From Amphiscolops sp. MND2022 (taxonomy: Eukaryota), in NCBI GenBank assembly GCA_964187785.1, contig OZ076413.1, positions 49,354,001 through 49,418,000 on the forward strand: a DNA stretch of 64,000 bases, written 5' to 3'. Both the position numbers and the translations under genes were made by a program. The notes under the pieces were generated by a model. That model had not been told where the DNA came from and ran no database searches. It saw only the letters and a program-made list of their open reading frames with translations. The first letter of the stretch is position 1, and each line of letters starts with the position of its first letter. Positions 59,178 to 64,000 of the stretch are shown piece by piece.

Positions 59178-62100
59178 TCAGGTCGACTTCCCAGACCGCG
59201 TTGCCCGGGTACTACTCTTCGGTCCTTTTGACGAAGAGCCAGCTCCACTTTGACTGCCCCCAGGAACAGCACTGGTAGAAGCACCAACAGTTGTCACACG
59301 GGCCCTCCACTCCTCAACCTGCCCTGTATAATACGCCGTATAACACTGGAGCAAGTCATTAAAAATCCCAGCACGAGAATGGCGGCATACATCAGTCCAA
59401 GGATCAAACTCAGTCCGTGCCAGGAACCGATGCCCAACAGGCAGGTTGACTTTTAACTCCTCCAGACACCCTACGGTCAGCAACTCACCAACGACAAACT
59501 TTGGATGCAAAACAAATGACTGAACAGCACTCAACCCAGAACGGATAACACTAGGCGGCAGATTTGTTCCACTCATAGAGATGTCCACAACAGGCATGGC
59601 AGCAGGAGCAGGCCCAACAATAACACGCACAAGACGAACTACTTGTTTCACATGGGCGCGGCACTGATAACTGGTATTATCCTCCAGATAAACAAACACG
59701 TCTTTGATCTGAGAGGCATCGGTCGATAACTGCCGAAGATCCACCACCAACGACTTGAACTCGTTTACAGCAGCTTCTCGATCCAGACTACCCAAATAAC
59801 CAGCTTCCTGGAAACAGGCGACCAAGTCCTGAAACAACTCCACAACGTAACCTGCATCTCCGCCGAGCAACATGTCCACACTCAGGCAACTGAGAGAGCG
59901 GGCGACCCGAGAACTGGCGTAACTGGATGCCCTGAGCTGTTTGAGCAACTCCAGCAAGAAAGTCTGACACTCCTTCAAGAAAGCTCGTCGAGGCGTAACG
60001 TCAAACCCACGCAGAGCCTTTAGGATACTAGGCTCACCTTGGAGACACTCACCAGCAGCAACGTTGGGCCAATTTGTCAAGGGCTGGTCGATATACTCAG
60101 ACCAACAATCAATTGAAGGCAACTGACCCACCTTCTTGACCTTACTCAGCAGACTCCAGTAGAAAAAACAGAAGTCAACGAAGTTCCTGCAGTCATAATC
60201 CTTAACTGATGAATCAAATAGCTTCGCACAGTTAGTCCGGAAACACAGCAATACCACATGCAACAAGGCGAGACGCGGCAGTCCCAATCGGTCCGAACAC
60301 AGCAAAGAATCAAGATCCACCACATTAATGGACTTCTTCATCAGCAGCATATCATTAGCAAGACAAATCTTTATATCCGACCAATTTGACAACAACTCCT
60401 CCAGAACATCACAGAGAACAGCAAATGACACTTCACCACTACCCAGGCAGAGACGGAATTGGGGCAGATTCAGGAGCCAGGCCTGATGGCGGACCCTCTT
60501 CAAACGCTGCACAAGATACTCAACCACAGCGAAGGCATCCACTGATCCCACACATGACAGACCAGCCTCGTTCACGATACGCCGCAACAGATCACCATCA
60601 AAAGACACAGCAACTAGAGGCACAGGCCGCCCGACTGCTCGACACCAATCGACGTAGGCGTTGAAAAGAACTGGAGAACAATTTTCAACAGAGACGGGTC
60701 CACGACGAGTTGACACCAACGATAAGGCACGAGACAAGCATTGAATTTCGGATTCACAGGAAACAGCAGCCTGATCTTCATCAGCGATACAAATCTCACG
60801 GGTCGAGTCATCTGTGCAACACCGAACAAAACATCTCACACTGGAACGGGACTGCTGTAGTACCAGGCTAAAGGGACTGTCTCCCAGCCACGTCCTCACA
60901 CGTTTCAGCACACGTGGGTACAGTGTCTGCACCAACACCACAAGAGTCTCAGTTTTGCTCCAGGTAACAGAAGCGTACGGGCTCTCGACCGGCAGAGTGG
61001 TTCTAAACTGGTTCCACAAGCGGCGTAAGAACACTTGCGAACCGCCACTCCTAAGAAGCTCCAGAAGACAACCCACGAGCGTCGAAGGTGGCACATTGGA
61101 CGGGACGCCAACCAGTGCATCCACTTCGTCCTCAAGGAAAGGGTTCATTTTGCCGAGCGTAACAGGGGGCGTCTTCTCAATTTCTTCCCGCAACTCTGCA
61201 GATATCTCACCCACGGGAATCGCGTCAAAATCTTCTGTGAAGATAACGTCCTCATGGTCCTAACGATATCTCCGGTCTTTCAAGTAATGCCCCTTGCATT
61301 TGAAATGCCGCCAAATACCCCGAGGACCCCGGGACAGAAAGGAGACATCCTTGCGGCAGATGGCACAGTTGAACCCGTTGGGATTCTTGTCACTGCGGCG
61401 ACTCACGAACAAACGCGGGAGGGCATGATGACACATAGCCTTTGTCAGGACATGACGCTCAGACTGCCGTTTCGCCTTTTCCTCGTCGCGGGCCAACAGT
61501 TTTTCCTTCCGCACTTCAATGGGATCTAGCACACGACTAGGATCATTGGCATCAATGCCTTTTGCCTTCAACAGCCGTGACAACTCCTCGAATTCTAAAA
61601 CACAACACTCTCCACAACAACTGGAAATCAAATCAAACCCGAAAACAAACAGCAGTAAAAGGACAGACCAAGCGGAAAACACAGACAAAACAGTTCATAG
61701 AACAGCAGATAAAAAGAGTTGCAGACAACAACTTACGTTTAGCCAAAGTCTTCGTCTCCTTCATGGCTTCAGTCCGTTCGCTCCGGGCAGCACATCGAGC
61801 GAACATCACACACTGTGCGGCAGACATAATGACTGGAGACCCAGAAGGCACAGACTCTAATCCAGCTAAACAGAAGAGAAAACCTTGCCATACAACTAAC
61901 AAATGAAGAAACCCCCCCTCCTCACAGGAGAATGACAGATAACATCCAACAATAAAACCACCAGTACCAGAGTATGGAAGAACACAAACCAAATACACAT
62001 ACCTTTTTCCCATTCATTGTGGATGGTGGACGGCTCCAGGCCAACTGCTGGACGATAGTGCTGTCTCCTCTCAAAATGAGCCCCAGAATCAGGCAACACG

Positions 62101-62936
62101 GACACAGCCTCACTCTCTGCAGCCGGGGTTTCCTGCGACGGATCACAGACAAAGACATCACTCTCCTCCGATGTCGCCGGTACCGCCTGAGACCCAGGAT
62201 CAACGACTATAACATCACAATTAGTGCACAACCAGAGGAATAATATGGACAAAAGCACAAAACCACACACCCATAAAATTCCTAACGCCATACAAAGAAA
62301 GAAGAAAGAATACCTACTTTCAAGAGTCTTGGATGCGCTGATGACAGGTGGCTCATACTCGTTCCCAGAACTGTCACGCAGTGTGGGCGGCACAGGCATA
62401 GACCCAGAGATTATATCAGCCAACTTTACCCGTCTGGAAGGCCCCACACTCCCGACAGAAGGCACACGACTGGCACGACGCTTCTTCTTGCCCTGAGATT
62501 GGGTACTAGCGGAAGGGTGATAATCGTCATCAGTTTCATCATCAGACACTAAATACAAAGTAGAGATCAAAAGAACGCGTTCGCAGACACCTAGAAAAGG
62601 CTGGCCACCTATCAATTTCTAGAAAAGTTTACCTTTCTTATTGGCAAGATAGTCAAGTTCATGACGGGCATCACTGCTATCCGAATGAACAGATCCAGTC
62701 TCCTCGGGACACTCGGCCTCGTCATCATCCACATCTTTCTCGCCGAACCCACGTATTTTCGAACCAGCAGTACTGACACCAGCCTCCTCATTCTCATCCT
62801 GATCACCACTACCAGTAACTTCTTTTTCACCTCGAATGATAGACCCACCGACAGACTCAGACTCCAACTCACTCTCCATAAAACCAGCTCCTCGACTTTG
62901 ACGCTGAAGGACATTATCCTCTTCAGTTGAACTCAT
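59178..62936 (-). CDS. Antisense spliced accessory gene of element B: zinc finger plus hAT-transposase-like protein (~1094 aa), with one in-frame TAG at 61260-61262. Predicted exons 62936-62633, 62548-62318, 62206-62003, 61865-61737, 61594-59178
   Basis: Four GT-AG phase-1 introns (gtaaac, gtaggt, gtatgt, gtaagt donors; tttag/atag acceptors) give a 3285-nt frame; CAICRKDVSFLSRGPRGIWRHFKCKGH finger; homologous to the element A antisense protein. Confidence 0.82.
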
Positions 62937-63154
62937 TATCAAACAATCTAAAAATAGCAATCAGCATAAAATCAAAGAAGATGTGGCGTAAAACAAGGAA
63001 TTACTAATATCAAAAGATATCTACTATATAAGGAGATTTGTTCAGTCTGCCAGCTGAACAATTCATGGAGTTAACACAAACCGTGTGAACGAATCTTCCA
63101 AGCGGAGCAAATCAGTTGTACTACAAAATTGACTGACGCTTAGTTGACACTACA

Positions 63155-63715
63155 ATGAATCACGCAAACTCAAGCAGCCAAATAAACGAAAATGTTTTTA
63201 TTCTCGACAGAGATGAACAGCAGCAACCCAACCAAAGGCCCGGTACACCGCCGCCTAATTATCAGCTAATTAATCCTGCACGCTGTCCTACTATTTACGA
63301 AATCATTAAAACCGAAGACCAGCACATCGTCTTGGTACACGACAGCCAATTACCACAGATGATAAATGAAGAAGCAGAAAACCAAGTTATCCGCCGCTTC
63401 ACGACTGAAAACCCGGTCATACCTGACGACGCATTTATAAGCCCGGTCATACCTGACGACGCATTTATAAGCCCGGTCAGCGAGACCGACAGCAGCTCCG
63501 AAGGATACTGGTCAGGCAGCAGTTGGTCCAGCATTTCCACTTGGCGCTCTTATGACTCAATGAGAGATGACTTACCTACCTTGTTCGACACCCCGATCCG
63601 ATCCATTTCCCAATTTCTCCTTCCAGAGGGAACTGGGCAAAGAAGCCGAGGACTGTCACAGCCCCGCATAAGCTGTGAGTATTGCAACATGTGTAACCCA
63701 GTCTTCAAAGAATAA
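63155..63715 (+). CDS. Element B ORF3 (186 aa, sense, unknown function; in-frame 30-bp duplication PVIPDDAFIS x2; CxxCxxC end), ends ~60 nt inside the 3' LTR
   Basis: Intact ATG-to-TAA ORF in the same position as ORF3 of element A. Confidence 0.65.
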   Translation: MNHANSSSQINENVFILDRDEQQQPNQRPGTPPPNYQLINPARCPTIYEIIKTEDQHIVLVHDSQLPQMINEEAENQVIRRFTTENPVIPDDAFISPVIPDDAFISPVSETDSSSEGYWSGSSWSSISTWRSYDSMRDDLPTLFDTPIRSISQFLLPEGTGQRSRGLSQPRISCEYCNMCNPVFKE

Positions 63716-64000
63716 ATTGGGAAAAGAGAGGAAAGAACAAGAAAGAAACAACAAAGGGACAATTAGAAACAGAGGCGCTAAATTTGAAACAATTAAATAA
63801 ATAAATATATATATTAATATTACTATATTAATGTACACTTATTTAAATACGTACTTACGAATAACGGAGCTAAAGTGCAGTTAATAATGTTAATAATATA
63901 GTGCTAATATCAATACTACGTAAAACACTCAACCTGACAAGCAGTCAATTAATTCTTGAACGGAACTGCGGCCTGGCGGCCGGCCTCAAATGCGCTCACT
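63654..64000 (+). repeat. 3' LTR of element B (partial)
   Basis: Matches 50025 onward with one mismatch seen (LTR position 7). Confidence 0.95.

Larger units (their letters stand above)
50025..64000 (+). mobile_element. Ty3/Gypsy LTR retrotransposon B (>14 kb, 3' LTR truncated by the window)
   Basis: LTR start repeated at 50025 and 63654; PBS; gag; intact pol. Confidence 0.96.

Noticed and set aside
59178..62936. env gene, or an independently nested hAT transposon
   Set aside because: Antisense, with no signal peptide or TM anchor in the spliced product; no TIRs or 8-bp TSD seen; same position in two diverged elements

Overview
Eukaryotic (probably invertebrate), AT-rich, transposon-dense window. 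It is dominated by two large, diverged Ty3/Gypsy LTR retrotransposons. Element A (8470-24713, minus strand) is complete, with ~1.87-kb LTRs and a 5-bp TSD GTAGA. Element B (50025 to beyond 64000, plus strand) has its 3' LTR cut by the window edge. Both share an unusual four-gene layout: (1) a gag ORF that starts hundreds of bases inside the 5' LTR and reads through the PBS; (2) pol reached by an A-AAA-AAC -1 frameshift; (3) a ~1100-1250-codon ANTISENSE, intron-containing gene with a BED/C2H2-type zinc finger and a body resembling a hAT transposase that lacks its catalytic motifs; (4) a short sense ORF3 running into the 3' LTR, where a canonical PPT is missing. The two antisense proteins are clearly homologous but have largely different introns. 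The rest of the window holds a decayed BEL/Pao element, two older Gypsy remnants, MITEs, Helentron-type (HINE/DINE-1-like) elements with a tRNA-like segment, a nested fold-back repeat array, a 1.7-kb tandem duplication and at least one probable host exon (TSP1-like). All family assignments come from motif recognition by eye; no database searches were run.
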